A stretch of 64,000 nucleotides of DNA, from contig JACPWC010000057.1 of NCBI GenBank assembly GCA_016197225.1, forward strand, positions 44,675-108,674, in the 5' to 3' direction. Source of the stretch: Chloroflexota bacterium. Its GTDB lineage: Bacteria; Chloroflexota; Anaerolineae; Anaerolineales; VGOW01. The notes under the pieces were generated by a model. It saw only the letters and a list, made by a program, of their open reading frames with translations. It was not told the origin of the DNA and ran no database searches. Each line of letters starts with the position of its first letter. The stretch's first letter is position 1. Below, one piece after another: positions 1 to 9,455 of the stretch. Position numbers and translations under genes: made by a program.

Positions 1-239
1 CCGAAGGCGCGGTAGCGGATCTTGAAGCGAGTCTCCGTTGGCATACTGCCGATCCGAATGCCGTCGCCGCCACCCTGGCCGAGGCCCACGCCAGACGCGC
101 TCACGACTTTTCGCGTCTGCCGCTCGACTCGCTGACGCAGGTTATTCAACAAGCCGTCCGCCGGGCGCAGACCGCCGAGTCGGCGGCTCGCGCCGATCCG
201 TATGGCTGCTTCGTCACGCCGGAGGGCGTACATGCCTGA
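1..239 (+). CDS. 3' end of an unidentified upstream gene (C-terminal fragment)
   Basis: Open frame running in from the window edge, translating to ...ARADPYGCFVTPEGVHA* with TGA at 237-239; overlaps the next start (ATG 232). No recognisable motif. Confidence 0.3.
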   Translation, partial: EGAVADLEASLRWHTADPNAVAATLAEAHARRAHDFSRLPLDSLTQVIQQAVRRAQTAESAARADPYGCFVTPEGVHA

Positions 240-1131
240 GAAAGAAATCGTCTTTCACGCGCCCGGCCTCAAACGCTTCAAAACGTCCGAATACGCGACG
301 CAAGAACTGACACGTTTTGTGTCTATTAGCGTCACCGGCACCGAGTGCGCCCTGGCCTGTGAGCATTGCAAAACCCACGTGCTCGAAGGCATGACGGCTC
401 TGCCAAAGTTCGACGGCTCGCTCTTCGATTTATGTTGTGAACTCGCCGAACGTGGCGCGCGCGGCGTGCTGGTGTCCGGCGGGTGCGACCGGCACGGGCG
501 CGTGCCGCTTCTCCGTCATCTCCCCGATCTGATTCGCGCTCGGCGCGAACTGGATTTCACCATCCGCGTTCACCCCGGCCTGCCCGATGAAGAAACCGTC
601 GCCGGTCTGGCCGAAGTGGGAATTGACGGGGCAATGGTGGACATCATCGGCGACGACGCGACCATCCGCGAGGTCTATCACCTTGAGACAACCGCCGCCG
701 AGTACGAGGCTGTGTTGGAACGATTAGAACGCTACGAAGTTCCCGCCGTGCCGCACATCATCCTCGGCCTGCACTTCGGGCAGATGCGCGGTGAGTGGGC
801 GGCGCTCGATATGATTGCTCGCCACGCCCGGAAATTTTTGGTGCTGGTGATCCTGATGCCGCTGACGGGGACGCCGATGGTGGGTGTGACTCCGCCGCCG
901 GTCACCGAGGTTGCCGATTTCTTTGCCCTCGCCCGCCAGACCCTGCCGGCCACGCCGGTGATGCTTGGCTGTGCGCGGCCACTCGGCAAGATCAAGGCCG
1001 ACATTGATCGGGCGGCGGTGGACGCCGGGTTGAACGGCATTGCTTATCCGGCGGAAGGCATCATCGCCTATGCCCGCGAGCGCGGTCTCACACCAAAGTT
1101 CGTAGATGCATGTTGTGGAGTGAACTGGTAA
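232..1131 (+). CDS. radical SAM protein, LipS1-like (candidate lipoyl synthase component 1)
   Basis: CALACEHC = CxxxCxxC radical-SAM cluster motif near the N-terminus; ~300 aa. Stop TAA 1129-1131 is immediately followed by the next radical-SAM gene and then a lipoate-protein ligase. An alternative ATG at 202 exists. Confidence 0.6.
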   Translation: MPEKEIVFHAPGLKRFKTSEYATQELTRFVSISVTGTECALACEHCKTHVLEGMTALPKFDGSLFDLCCELAERGARGVLVSGGCDRHGRVPLLRHLPDLIRARRELDFTIRVHPGLPDEETVAGLAEVGIDGAMVDIIGDDATIREVYHLETTAAEYEAVLERLERYEVPAVPHIILGLHFGQMRGEWAALDMIARHARKFLVLVILMPLTGTPMVGVTPPPVTEVADFFALARQTLPATPVMLGCARPLGKIKADIDRAAVDAGLNGIAYPAEGIIAYARERGLTPKFVDACCGVNW

Positions 1132-2214
1132 ATGGCTAAAGTAACGCTTTCAACCAAAGAGCAAAGCGAGCAATTGCAAATCAGCCCGGAGTATGTGCGT
1201 ATTAGCATGGCGGCGGCGATTGAATTGGGGCTTAAGCGGGGCCGTTTGTATCGGGGCGCGCACTGCGGGTGCATCAATCTGCTGCAAAACTATCCCGAGG
1301 GCTGTTACGCCAATTGCACCTATTGCGGTCTGGCCCGCGAGCGGCCCGGCGCGCCGGAAGACAATACCTTCATCCGCGTGGCCTGGCCGTTGTTCCCGAC
1401 CGACCTAGTAGCCGAGAAAATTGCCGAACATCAGGAACGGGTAGGTCGGGTGTGCATCGCTCAGGTGCAAGACCATCGCGCCTACGACGACCTGATTGAC
1501 ATGACTCGGCGCGTGCGCCGCCTGAGCGATGTGCCGATTTCGGCCCTCGTGTCGGCCACCACGCTCAACGAAGAGCGGCTGGTTCACATCAAAGAAGCCG
1601 GCGCCGACATCATCGGTGTTGGGTTGGATGGAGCCAGCGAGGACGTGTTCCATAACACACGCGGCAAAGGCGCGCGCGGCCCGCACGACTGGGATCACCA
1701 CTGGCACATCGTCCGCGCCGCCCGCCAATTATTCGGGCCAATGAAGGTTAACTGCCACATCATCGTCGGCCTCGGCGAGACCGACCGCGATCTGGTCAAC
1801 CTCTTCTACCAACTCAAGTCAGAGCAGATCGCCGGTTACTTGTTCTCGTTCAATCCCGAACCCGGCACGGCCATGCAAGCCGTGCCGCGCGCGCCGATCC
1901 ATCGCTGGCGGCGCATTCAACTCACCAAGCATCTCGTCGAGGAGCGCGACTTGCCGCGCGATGCAATTGAATTCAATGCTAGTGGAGAAATCAGGCGCAT
2001 CAACGCACCCGATATCATGGTCGAAGTCGCCATCAACACCGGCATGCCCTTCATGACCAACGGTTGCCCCGATAAAAACGGCGTCATGGCCTGCAATCGC
2101 CCGTATGGCTCGTACCGCCCCGCCGAAGAGTTTCGTGATTATCCCTTCCTGCCGGAGGCCGATGACCTGGTTCAGATTCGCCAGCAGATGAGGCTGGAAG
2201 AAATCTGGCAGTGA
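1132..2214 (+). CDS. radical SAM protein, LipS2-like (biotin-synthase-related; candidate lipoyl synthase component 2)
   Basis: CYANCTYC CxxxCxxC motif; 360 aa; start abuts the upstream stop (translational coupling); lies between the LipS1-like gene and the LplA-like gene. Confidence 0.6.
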   Translation: MAKVTLSTKEQSEQLQISPEYVRISMAAAIELGLKRGRLYRGAHCGCINLLQNYPEGCYANCTYCGLARERPGAPEDNTFIRVAWPLFPTDLVAEKIAEHQERVGRVCIAQVQDHRAYDDLIDMTRRVRRLSDVPISALVSATTLNEERLVHIKEAGADIIGVGLDGASEDVFHNTRGKGARGPHDWDHHWHIVRAARQLFGPMKVNCHIIVGLGETDRDLVNLFYQLKSEQIAGYLFSFNPEPGTAMQAVPRAPIHRWRRIQLTKHLVEERDLPRDAIEFNASGEIRRINAPDIMVEVAINTGMPFMTNGCPDKNGVMACNRPYGSYRPAEEFRDYPFLPEADDLVQIRQQMRLEEIWQ

Positions 2215-2282
2215 CGTATTGCGTATTCCGTATTACGTAAGCAAAACGGCGGATACGGAATATGCAATACGCAATACGCGAA
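2215..2282. repeat. intergenic imperfect palindrome built from (G/C)CGTATT heptamers
   Basis: cgtattgcgtattccgtattacgtaagc-aaaacggc-ggatacggaatatgcaatacgcaatacg; arms are near reverse complements. Confidence 0.7.
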
Positions 2283-3266
2283 ATGCCGTCCGCGATTCGC
2301 CTTCTCACTCTCGGCCCGACGCACTGGCTCAAAACCCAGTCGGTCTATCACGCCCTGGCGGAGACAATGACGGCGGACTCGCCGGACACCCTCATCCTGG
2401 CCCAACCCTTACAACCGTATCTTTGCCTGGGCTATCACCAGGAATTGCATTCGGTGCTGGATCGCGCGGCGTGCGCCCGGATGCACTTGCCTATCGTCCG
2501 GCGGCGGGTGGGCGGGGGGGTGACGTATTTGGATGTCAACCAACTGTTTTATCAGTGTGTCTTTCACCACATGCGCGTCCCGGCCCTTATCACCGATGTC
2601 TATGCCCGATTGCTGGCCGCGCCGGTAGCGGCTCTGCAAAGACTGGGCTTGAAAGCAGAATTATGCGGCGAGAATGAGATCGAGGTGAACGGCAAACGCA
2701 TCGCCGGCATCGGCGGGGCGCGGATCGGCGAGGCGGCAGTGGTCGTCGGCAACCTGCTGTTCGATTTTGATTACGACAAGATGATACGGGCCTGGCGAGT
2801 TCCCTCCGAAGCTTTTCGCCAATTGGCCGCCGACGCTTTACGCGCACGGTTGACGACACTCTGGGCCGAGCTATCTTATCCCGTCGCGCCGTTTGAAGTT
2901 CAATATACCTTGATTGAAGAGTTTGCCCGCGCCCTTAATCGCTCTGTCGAAGAGGGCAAACTGACCGATGAAGAGATGCGAAAGATTGAAGCAGTCGAGA
3001 AACGGCTGGTCTCGTATCAATGGTTGAACCTCCATAACAATGGCGGCCAGCCTATGTCGGCGCTCAAAATCTCGCGCGGCGTCTTCATCCGCGCCGCTGA
3101 AGCGGATAGGGAAGGTAGCCGCATTCGAGCCGCGTTCCGCTTGCGTGACGACGTGATTGAGGAGGCCTGCCTGGAGTCCGATCCGGCGCAAGACTGGGAT
3201 CAGGTCGAGGCCGGCCTGCGCGGGGTACTGTTCAAGAAGTGGCAAACGCATCTGGCGGCTCGCTGA
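2262..3266 (+). CDS. lplA: lipoate--protein ligase family protein (BPL/LPL catalytic domain)
   Basis: LplA-like segments RRRVGGGVTYLDVNQLFY and NGKRIAGIGGARIGEAAVVVGNLLFD (lipoyl-AMP-binding Lys region). The true start is more likely ATG 2283 (MPSAIRLLTLGP) because 2262 lies inside an intergenic hairpin. Confidence 0.7.
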   Translation: MQYAIREMPSAIRLLTLGPTHWLKTQSVYHALAETMTADSPDTLILAQPLQPYLCLGYHQELHSVLDRAACARMHLPIVRRRVGGGVTYLDVNQLFYQCVFHHMRVPALITDVYARLLAAPVAALQRLGLKAELCGENEIEVNGKRIAGIGGARIGEAAVVVGNLLFDFDYDKMIRAWRVPSEAFRQLAADALRARLTTLWAELSYPVAPFEVQYTLIEEFARALNRSVEEGKLTDEEMRKIEAVEKRLVSYQWLNLHNNGGQPMSALKISRGVFIRAAEADREGSRIRAAFRLRDDVIEEACLESDPAQDWDQVEAGLRGVLFKKWQTHLAAR

Positions 3267-4027
3267 ACGGCAAAGTGGCTCTCGTCACCGGCTCGTCGCG
3301 CGGGATCGGGCGGGCGATTGCGCTGGAACTGGCCGGGGCGGGCGCTGATGTGGTGGTGCATTACGCGCGCAAACAACAAGCGGCGGAAGAAACGGTTGCC
3401 GCCATTGCAGCACTGGGCCGCCGGGCCGTTGCCCTCAAAGCCAATTTGGCCGAGGCCGACAAAATAGAGGCCTTGTACGACTCGTTGGAAGCCGCCTTTG
3501 GCCGCTGTGATATTTTCGTGGGCAATGCGGCCAGCGGGGTTCATGCGCCCATGCTGGAGATTGCCGACAAGCATTGGGACTGGACAATGGATGTGAATGC
3601 GCGCTCCGTCCTGCGGTGCGTCAAACGCGCTGTGCCACACATGGAAAGAGCGGGATGGGGGCGAATTGTGACGATCACCAGTTTGGGAAGCACGCGCGCT
3701 GTTCCCAACTACGGGGCTGTGGGCGTATCCAAAGCGGCTGTAGAGTCCTTGACTCGTTATCTGGCCGTGGAACTGGCCGGCAAGGGCATCATCGCCAACG
3801 CCGTTTCTCCCGGCCTCGTCAACACCGACGCTTTGGAGGCTCTACCAATAGATCAACAGGCCGCTTTGGCGCACGTAGCTCGCCGCAATCCGGTCGGCCG
3901 GCTGGTGACACCGGAAGACGTGGCGCGAGTGGTCGCTTTTCTTTGCTCCGAGGCCGCCGGCATGATCGTGGGGCAGACGATATTGGTTGACGGAGGCTAC
4001 GGGTTATTGACCGAGTATTTTGTATGA
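3239..4027 (+). CDS. SDR-family oxidoreductase (3-oxoacyl-ACP / enoyl-ACP reductase-like)
   Basis: GKVALVTGSSRGIGRAIA Rossmann motif, NAAS and the YxxxK catalytic region; 262 aa. Confidence 0.8.
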   Translation: MANASGGSLNGKVALVTGSSRGIGRAIALELAGAGADVVVHYARKQQAAEETVAAIAALGRRAVALKANLAEADKIEALYDSLEAAFGRCDIFVGNAASGVHAPMLEIADKHWDWTMDVNARSVLRCVKRAVPHMERAGWGRIVTITSLGSTRAVPNYGAVGVSKAAVESLTRYLAVELAGKGIIANAVSPGLVNTDALEALPIDQQAALAHVARRNPVGRLVTPEDVARVVAFLCSEAAGMIVGQTILVDGGYGLLTEYFV

Positions 4028-4039
4028 AATGGAGTATTC

Positions 4040-5587
4040 ATGAATTACGGCTTTGTCATTGACAACCGCAAATGCATCGGCTGTCACGCCTGCTCGACCG
4101 CATGTAAGAGCGAGAACGAAGTAGCGGTCGGCGTCAACCGCACATGGGTGAAGTACACCGAGAAGGGCGTCTTCCCGGACACGCGCCGCTACTTTCAAGT
4201 GACGCGCTGTAACCACTGCGCCAACCCGCCGTGCGTCTACATCTGCCCGGTCACGGCGATGTATCAGCGCAAAGACGGAATCGTCGAATTTGATCCGACG
4301 CGGTGTATCGGCTGCAAAGCCTGTATGCAGGCTTGCCCCTACGACGCCATTTACATTGATCCGAATACGAACACTGCCGCCAAATGCCACTACTGCGCTC
4401 ATCGCACGGACGTGGGCCTCGAACCGGCCTGTGTCGTCGTCTGCCCCGAACACGCCATCCTCGCCGGCGACCTCGACGACCCCAATTCCGAAATCGCGCG
4501 GGCGATTGCCACGCAACAGGTGCGCGCCCGCAAACCGGAGCAAGGCACGAAGCCCAAACTGTTTTACATTGACGCCGAAGAGTCCTCCATCGTCCCAACT
4601 CTCGCAACGCAAGACGGCGGCATGTTGTGGGCCGAGTGGCCCAATCACGGCCAGGGTGACTGGCGCGGCCCGATTCAAATTGGCGATGGAAACATGGCGA
4701 GCGCCCTGGTGCGTTCCGCCGCTGCACCGCGAGAAACGTACAACGCTCCCCACAAGATTCCCTGGCACTGGCAAGTCCCGTCGTACCTCGTCGCCAAATC
4801 AATCGGCGCCGGCGCGTTCATCGTCGCCGCCGTCGGCGTGGCCCTGGGCCTGCTCCCGGCCACGCCGCTCTTCACCACCGTCGCCGCTTTCGTCTCTCTG
4901 CTCTTCATCGGCCTCAACACCGGCCTCCTCGTCTGGGATTTGGATCGGCCTGATCGATTCTGGACGATTCTGATTCGACCACAATGGCGATCGTGGCTGG
5001 CCAGAGGCGCATTTATCCTCGTCGGCTTCACCGGGGTTGGCGGCCTCTATTTCCTCAGCTACCTCTTTAATCTCCAATTCTCTAATCTCCTTCTGTGGCC
5101 CGGCGTCATCCTGGCCGTCCTGTCAGCAATTTACACCGCCTTCCTTTTTGCCCAGGCTGAGGGCCGCGACTTGTGGCAGAGCACACTGCTCCCAGGGCAT
5201 TTCTTTGTGCAAGCCATCATGGCCGGGGCCGCCGCCTTGCTCGTGGTTGGCCCATTCTTCGGCATTGCGCCCGACTCAACTCGCGCCCTGGCCTGGACGT
5301 TCGGGTTGAGCCTGCTTGTCAATTTGCTGATCACCGTCGGCGGCGAGTTTGCTGTGCCGCACGCCAGCCAGGTAGCGGCAACTGCCGCCCACCTGATCAC
5401 CCACGGGCGCTACAAGACTCACTATTGGTTCAGCATCACCGGCGGCCTGCTCCTACCGCTGGCAACCGTTGTCTTCGTCGGCAACTCGCCTGTGGCATTG
5501 GCCGTAGCAAGCCTGCTTTCTCTCGTTGGCTTGTTTGCTTACGAATGGGCATTCGTCATGGCTCCGCAGGAAGTGCCGAATAATTGA
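4040..5587 (+). CDS. 4Fe-4S ferredoxin-type subunit fused to an NrfD/PsrC-like polytopic membrane anchor
   Basis: N-terminal half has four Cys clusters (CIGCHACSTAC; CNHCANPPCVYICP; CIGCKACMQACP; CHYCAHRTD...C) typical of DmsB/PsrB. The C-terminal ~290 aa is strongly hydrophobic with about 8 predicted TM helices. RBS GGAG sits upstream of ATG 4040. Confidence 0.75.
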   Translation: MNYGFVIDNRKCIGCHACSTACKSENEVAVGVNRTWVKYTEKGVFPDTRRYFQVTRCNHCANPPCVYICPVTAMYQRKDGIVEFDPTRCIGCKACMQACPYDAIYIDPNTNTAAKCHYCAHRTDVGLEPACVVVCPEHAILAGDLDDPNSEIARAIATQQVRARKPEQGTKPKLFYIDAEESSIVPTLATQDGGMLWAEWPNHGQGDWRGPIQIGDGNMASALVRSAAAPRETYNAPHKIPWHWQVPSYLVAKSIGAGAFIVAAVGVALGLLPATPLFTTVAAFVSLLFIGLNTGLLVWDLDRPDRFWTILIRPQWRSWLARGAFILVGFTGVGGLYFLSYLFNLQFSNLLLWPGVILAVLSAIYTAFLFAQAEGRDLWQSTLLPGHFFVQAIMAGAAALLVVGPFFGIAPDSTRALAWTFGLSLLVNLLITVGGEFAVPHASQVAATAAHLITHGRYKTHYWFSITGGLLLPLATVVFVGNSPVALAVASLLSLVGLFAYEWAFVMAPQEVPNN

Positions 5588-5630
5588 GAATTAGAGGATT
5601 GGAGAATTCTCTAATTCTCCAATCCTCTCC
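5586..5630. repeat. AT-rich palindrome (GGATTGGAGAATT-ctct-AATTCTCCAATCC) at the FeS-anchor / Mo-subunit gene junction
   Basis: 13-bp perfect arms read directly from the sequence. Confidence 0.75.
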
Positions 5631-5640
5631 ACATGAAACG

Positions 5641-8553
5641 ATGCCTATGACTGACACCATCACCCCTACCCGCCTCACCACCCAACACAACGACGCAGGT
5701 GAACGCCTGCAACAATACCCGCCGCCCGAAAAATGGGACGACTGGGTTGAGTGGGATCACAAACAGTGGCCGAAGAAAGTGCCCAAGCACTACATGCTCG
5801 TGCCGACCGTGTGTTTCAATTGCGAGTCGGCTTGCGGCTTGCTGGGCTGGGTGGATAAAGAGACGATGCAGGTGCGGAAGTTCGAGGGCAACCCGGTCCA
5901 CCCCGGAAGCCGGGGCCGCAACTGCGCCAAAGGCCCGGCCACCATCAATCAAGTCAACGACCCCGACCGCATTCTCTATCCGCTCAAGCGCGCAGGAAAG
6001 CGCGGCGAAGGCAAGTGGGTGCGGGTGACGTGGGAAGAAGTGCTAAAGGACATCGGCGGTCGTATTCGCAAAGCGTTTTTAGAAGAGCGGCACAACGAGA
6101 TCATGTATCACGTTGGCCGCCCCGGCCACGATGGCGTCATGGAATGGATTCTTCCAGCCTGGGGCGTGGACGGCCACAACTCGCACACTAACATTTGCTC
6201 GTCGGGCGCGCGGGCGGGCTACGCTTTTTGGATGGGCTTCGACCGCCCCAGCCCCGACCACGCCAACGCCAACGTCATCCTGCTCATCAGCAGTCATCTC
6301 GAAACCGGCCACTACTTCAACCCGCACGCCCAGCGCATCATCGAGGGCAAGATGAACGGGGCAAAATTGATCGTGTGGGACACCCGGCTGTCGAACACGG
6401 CCTCGATGGCCGACACCTGGATTGCGCCGTGGCCCGGCTCGGAAGCCGCCATCCTGCTCGCCATCGCCAACTACCTCATCACTACTGGCAAATACAACCG
6501 GGAGTTTGTGAAGAAGTGGGTGAATTGGGAAGAGTATCTAAAGGCGACGGCAGACGATGGACGGCAGACGACAGACGACTCGTCGTCCATCGTCCATCGT
6601 CCGTCGTCATTCGATGATTTCGAGGCCGCGCTGAAAGAGCAATACGCAAAATATACGTTTGAGTATGCGGCAAAAGAGTCGGGCGTAGAGGCGGCTGTGT
6701 TGCGGAGGATTGCTGAGGATGTTGCAAACTGCGGCGGCAAACTGGCGACGCACAACTGGCGTAGTGCGGGCGCGGGCAACCTCGGCGGCTGGCAGGTGGC
6801 GCGTTGCCTGTTCTTCCTCAACGTCCTCACCGGCAGCATCGGCGTGGAGGGCGGCACCTCGGCCAATGCGTGGGACAAGTGGGTGCCGCGCCCGCATAAG
6901 TTCCCGCCGCACGGCAAACGCTGGAACGAACTCACCTGGCCGCGCGAGTATCCGCTCTCCTACTTCGAGATGAGCATCCTCCTCCCGCACTTCCTCAAAG
7001 AAGGGCGCGGCAAACTCGACACCTACTTCACCCGCGTCTACAACCCGATGTGGACGAACCCCGATGGCTTCACCTGGCTCGAAGCTCTGCGCGATGAGTC
7101 GAAGATTGGTTGTCACGTCGCCCTCACGCCCACGTGGAGCGAGTCGGCGTGGTGGGCCGATTACGTTCTGCCGATGGGCCACGCCTCCGAGCGCCACGAC
7201 CTGATGAGTCAGGAGACGCATGCCGGGCAGTGGATTGCTTTCCGCCAGCCGGTCAATCGCGTGGCGATGGAACGAATGGGAAAGAAAGTCAACCGCACCT
7301 ACGAAGCCAACCCCGGCCAGGTTTGGGAAGAGACTGAGTTCTGGATTGACCTGAGTTGGGAGATTGACCCCGACGGGGCACTCGGCATCCGTCAGTATTT
7401 CGAGTCGCCCTATCGCCCCGGCGAGCGCATTACGATGGACGAGTTCTACGGCTGGATGTTTGAGAACACCGTGCCCGGCCTGCCGGAGGCCGCCGCAAGG
7501 GAAGACTTGAAGCCGCTGGCGTACATGCGGAAATATGGCGCGTTCGAGATTCGCAAAGGCGCGTTGACTGAATACGACCGGACGCTTGCGCCTGAAGAAA
7601 TGACTGACGCGCAAGTGGATGAGGCGACGGGCATCATCTACATCAAGACTCCGATGACGCCGCCGAAAAACATCGTGCCGACTCCTGCCCCCGTCACCAC
7701 CGACTTAGGGCGACCCGTCGGCGTGATGGCCGGCGGCCAACCAAAGTTCGGCTTCCGCACCCCGTCGCGCAAACTCGAATTCTTTTCGACCACCCTCCGC
7801 GATTTCGGCTGGCCCGAAGTTGCCACGCCCGAATACATCGAGAGCCACGTCCACCCCAGCCGGGTCAACCGTGAGGCCAATGAGTTCGTTTTGCTTTCTA
7901 CCTATCGCCTCCCGACTCTGATCCACACCCGAAGCGCCAACGCCAAATGGCTGGTTGAAATTTCGCACTCCAACCCGACGTGGATTCACACCAGTGATGC
8001 CAACCGGCTTGGAGTTAAGACGGGCGAGTTGGTGCGCGTCGAAACCGAGATCGGTTATTTTGTGGATAAAGTCTGGGTCACCGAAGGCATCCGCCCCGGC
8101 GTGATCGCCTGCTCGCATCACCTCGGCCGCTGGCGGCTGACCGAAGGTGACGGCACAAACCGGATCGCCTCGGCGCTGGTTGAACTAAAAGAGGCGGGCG
8201 GCCAGTGGCAATTGACTCAACTCCACGGCGTCCAGCCGTACAAATCCTCCGACCCGGACACCGAGCGCATCTGGTGGAGTGATGCCGGCGTCCACCAGAA
8301 TCTCACCTTCCCCGTCCAGCCCGACCCGATCAGCGGCATGCACTGCTGGCATCAGAAAGTGAAAGTGACAAGAGCGCAACCCGGCGACCGTTACGGTGAT
8401 GTTCACGTAGACACGAACAAAGCCCACGAAGTGTACAAGCGCTGGCTGGCGATGGCCCGCCCGCCGACCGGCGAGTGGCGGCGGCCCAATTGGATGCTGA
8501 GACCGTTCCGGCCCGACGTGAGCGCGTACCGAATTAAGAAGGATGAAGGATGA
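5641..8553 (+). CDS. molybdopterin (bis-MGD) oxidoreductase catalytic subunit, PsrA/PhsA/TtrA-like (CISM family)
   Basis: N-terminal MopB FeS motif CFNCESACGLL...NCAKG; ~970 aa. No twin-arginine signal is visible. The ORF track starts at TTG 5584, which lies inside a hairpin; ATG 5641 (MPMTDT) is preferred. Carries an in-frame palindromic insert (DDGRQTTDDSSSIVHRPSS). Confidence 0.75.
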   Translation: MPMTDTITPTRLTTQHNDAGERLQQYPPPEKWDDWVEWDHKQWPKKVPKHYMLVPTVCFNCESACGLLGWVDKETMQVRKFEGNPVHPGSRGRNCAKGPATINQVNDPDRILYPLKRAGKRGEGKWVRVTWEEVLKDIGGRIRKAFLEERHNEIMYHVGRPGHDGVMEWILPAWGVDGHNSHTNICSSGARAGYAFWMGFDRPSPDHANANVILLISSHLETGHYFNPHAQRIIEGKMNGAKLIVWDTRLSNTASMADTWIAPWPGSEAAILLAIANYLITTGKYNREFVKKWVNWEEYLKATADDGRQTTDDSSSIVHRPSSFDDFEAALKEQYAKYTFEYAAKESGVEAAVLRRIAEDVANCGGKLATHNWRSAGAGNLGGWQVARCLFFLNVLTGSIGVEGGTSANAWDKWVPRPHKFPPHGKRWNELTWPREYPLSYFEMSILLPHFLKEGRGKLDTYFTRVYNPMWTNPDGFTWLEALRDESKIGCHVALTPTWSESAWWADYVLPMGHASERHDLMSQETHAGQWIAFRQPVNRVAMERMGKKVNRTYEANPGQVWEETEFWIDLSWEIDPDGALGIRQYFESPYRPGERITMDEFYGWMFENTVPGLPEAAAREDLKPLAYMRKYGAFEIRKGALTEYDRTLAPEEMTDAQVDEATGIIYIKTPMTPPKNIVPTPAPVTTDLGRPVGVMAGGQPKFGFRTPSRKLEFFSTTLRDFGWPEVATPEYIESHVHPSRVNREANEFVLLSTYRLPTLIHTRSANAKWLVEISHSNPTWIHTSDANRLGVKTGELVRVETEIGYFVDKVWVTEGIRPGVIACSHHLGRWRLTEGDGTNRIASALVELKEAGGQWQLTQLHGVQPYKSSDPDTERIWWSDAGVHQNLTFPVQPDPISGMHCWHQKVKVTRAQPGDRYGDVHVDTNKAHEVYKRWLAMARPPTGEWRRPNWMLRPFRPDVSAYRIKKDEG
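6545..6612. repeat. GACGA-family palindromic mini-element inserted in frame in the Mo-enzyme catalytic gene
   Basis: gacgatggacggcagacgacagacgac / tcgtcgtccatcgtccatcgtccgtcgtc; encodes DDGRQTTDDSSSIVHRPSS. Confidence 0.7.
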
Positions 8554-8585
8554 ATTACGAAATGAAGCTTCATCCTTCATCCTTC
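8538..8585. repeat. palindrome (GAAGGATGAAGGATGAA ... TTCATCCTTCATCCTTC) spanning the stop/start junction of the Mo-subunit and TorD-like genes
   Basis: Inverted arms flank the ATGA overlap. Confidence 0.65.
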
Positions 8586-9455
8586 ACGCGAAGCGTTCAT
8601 CCTTTGCTTTCCCATCTCTGGCTTCACGAACCGGATGCAGAGGCAGTGGCCCGCGCGGCGGCTGAGTTGGATTTGCCCTTCGCCGATCCAACCGAACTTG
8701 CTTCCGCTTACACCGATGTCTTTCTACTCAACGTTTACCCTTACGGCACGGCCTTCACTGATCCGTCTGGCGAATTGAACGGCCCGGCGGCGCAGGAAAT
8801 GGCGGCGTTGTACGAGGCGCATGGCTACCAGCCGCCCGAACTGAATGTGGTCGGCGCACCGGATCATGTAGGACTATGTTTGGGGTTTCTAGGAAAATTA
8901 GGAGAATTAGACGCGAAGCGTAGAGAATTATCTCTTGACTGGATTGCTGTATGTTGCCTTGCCGTCGAGCGGGAATCGGCCGCGCCGCCTTTTTATCGCG
9001 CCCTCGCCAACATCACCCGCGAAGCGCTGTTTGCGCACCACGCGCCCCCTTCCGCACCCATCGCCAATTCTCCAATTCTCCAATTCTTGAATCCGCAGGA
9101 AGAACTTTCCCTTCGCGACCTCGTCCGCTTCTTCCTCGCCCCGGCGCAGTGCGGCGTGTTTCTCTCACGCTCACAGCTGGGGCAGATGGCAAAGGCATTG
9201 GGGTTGAGGCTCCCGTTTGGATCGCGGTTTGAAGTGGCGGAGATGTTGTTCGCCAGCGCGGGCGAGGCGGAACAGATTGAACAGTTAATTGGCACATTGG
9301 AGGCCGAAGTTCAGGTATGGGCGACGGAATATCGGGCTTGGGCAGAGAAGTATCCAGAATGGCGGCCCCTTGCCGACGCCTGGCTCGCACGGACGGCGGA
9401 GGCTGACCACCTGTTGGCCGGGATGCGGCAGATGGCGACGACGGCGATCACATGA
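8550..9455 (+). CDS. TorD/DmsD-family redox enzyme maturation chaperone-like protein
   Basis: ATGA overlap with the upstream stop. Region FTDPSGELNGPAAQEMAALYEAHGY...PDHVGLCLGFLGKL matches the TorD-like pattern (PDH..ELEF). At 301 aa it is longer than typical. Confidence 0.5.
   Translation: MNYEMKLHPSSFTRSVHPLLSHLWLHEPDAEAVARAAAELDLPFADPTELASAYTDVFLLNVYPYGTAFTDPSGELNGPAAQEMAALYEAHGYQPPELNVVGAPDHVGLCLGFLGKLGELDAKRRELSLDWIAVCCLAVERESAAPPFYRALANITREALFAHHAPPSAPIANSPILQFLNPQEELSLRDLVRFFLAPAQCGVFLSRSQLGQMAKALGLRLPFGSRFEVAEMLFASAGEAEQIEQLIGTLEAEVQVWATEYRAWAEKYPEWRPLADAWLARTAEADHLLAGMRQMATTAIT
9064..9090. repeat. CCAATTCT tandem triplet inside the TorD-like CDS (encodes NSPILQF)
   Basis: ccaattctccaattctccaattct, a low-GC island in a high-GC gene. 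Confidence 0.55.

Noticed and set aside
38-310. 90-aa ORF at the window start
   Set aside because: Out of frame with both the incoming upstream gene fragment and the radical-SAM gene; Arg-rich.
6607-7614. 335-aa ORF antisense to the molybdoenzyme catalytic gene
   Set aside because: Fully embedded in the opposite strand of a clearly conserved gene. The translation is Arg/Ala/Gly-rich low complexity, typical of spurious antisense frames in high-GC DNA.
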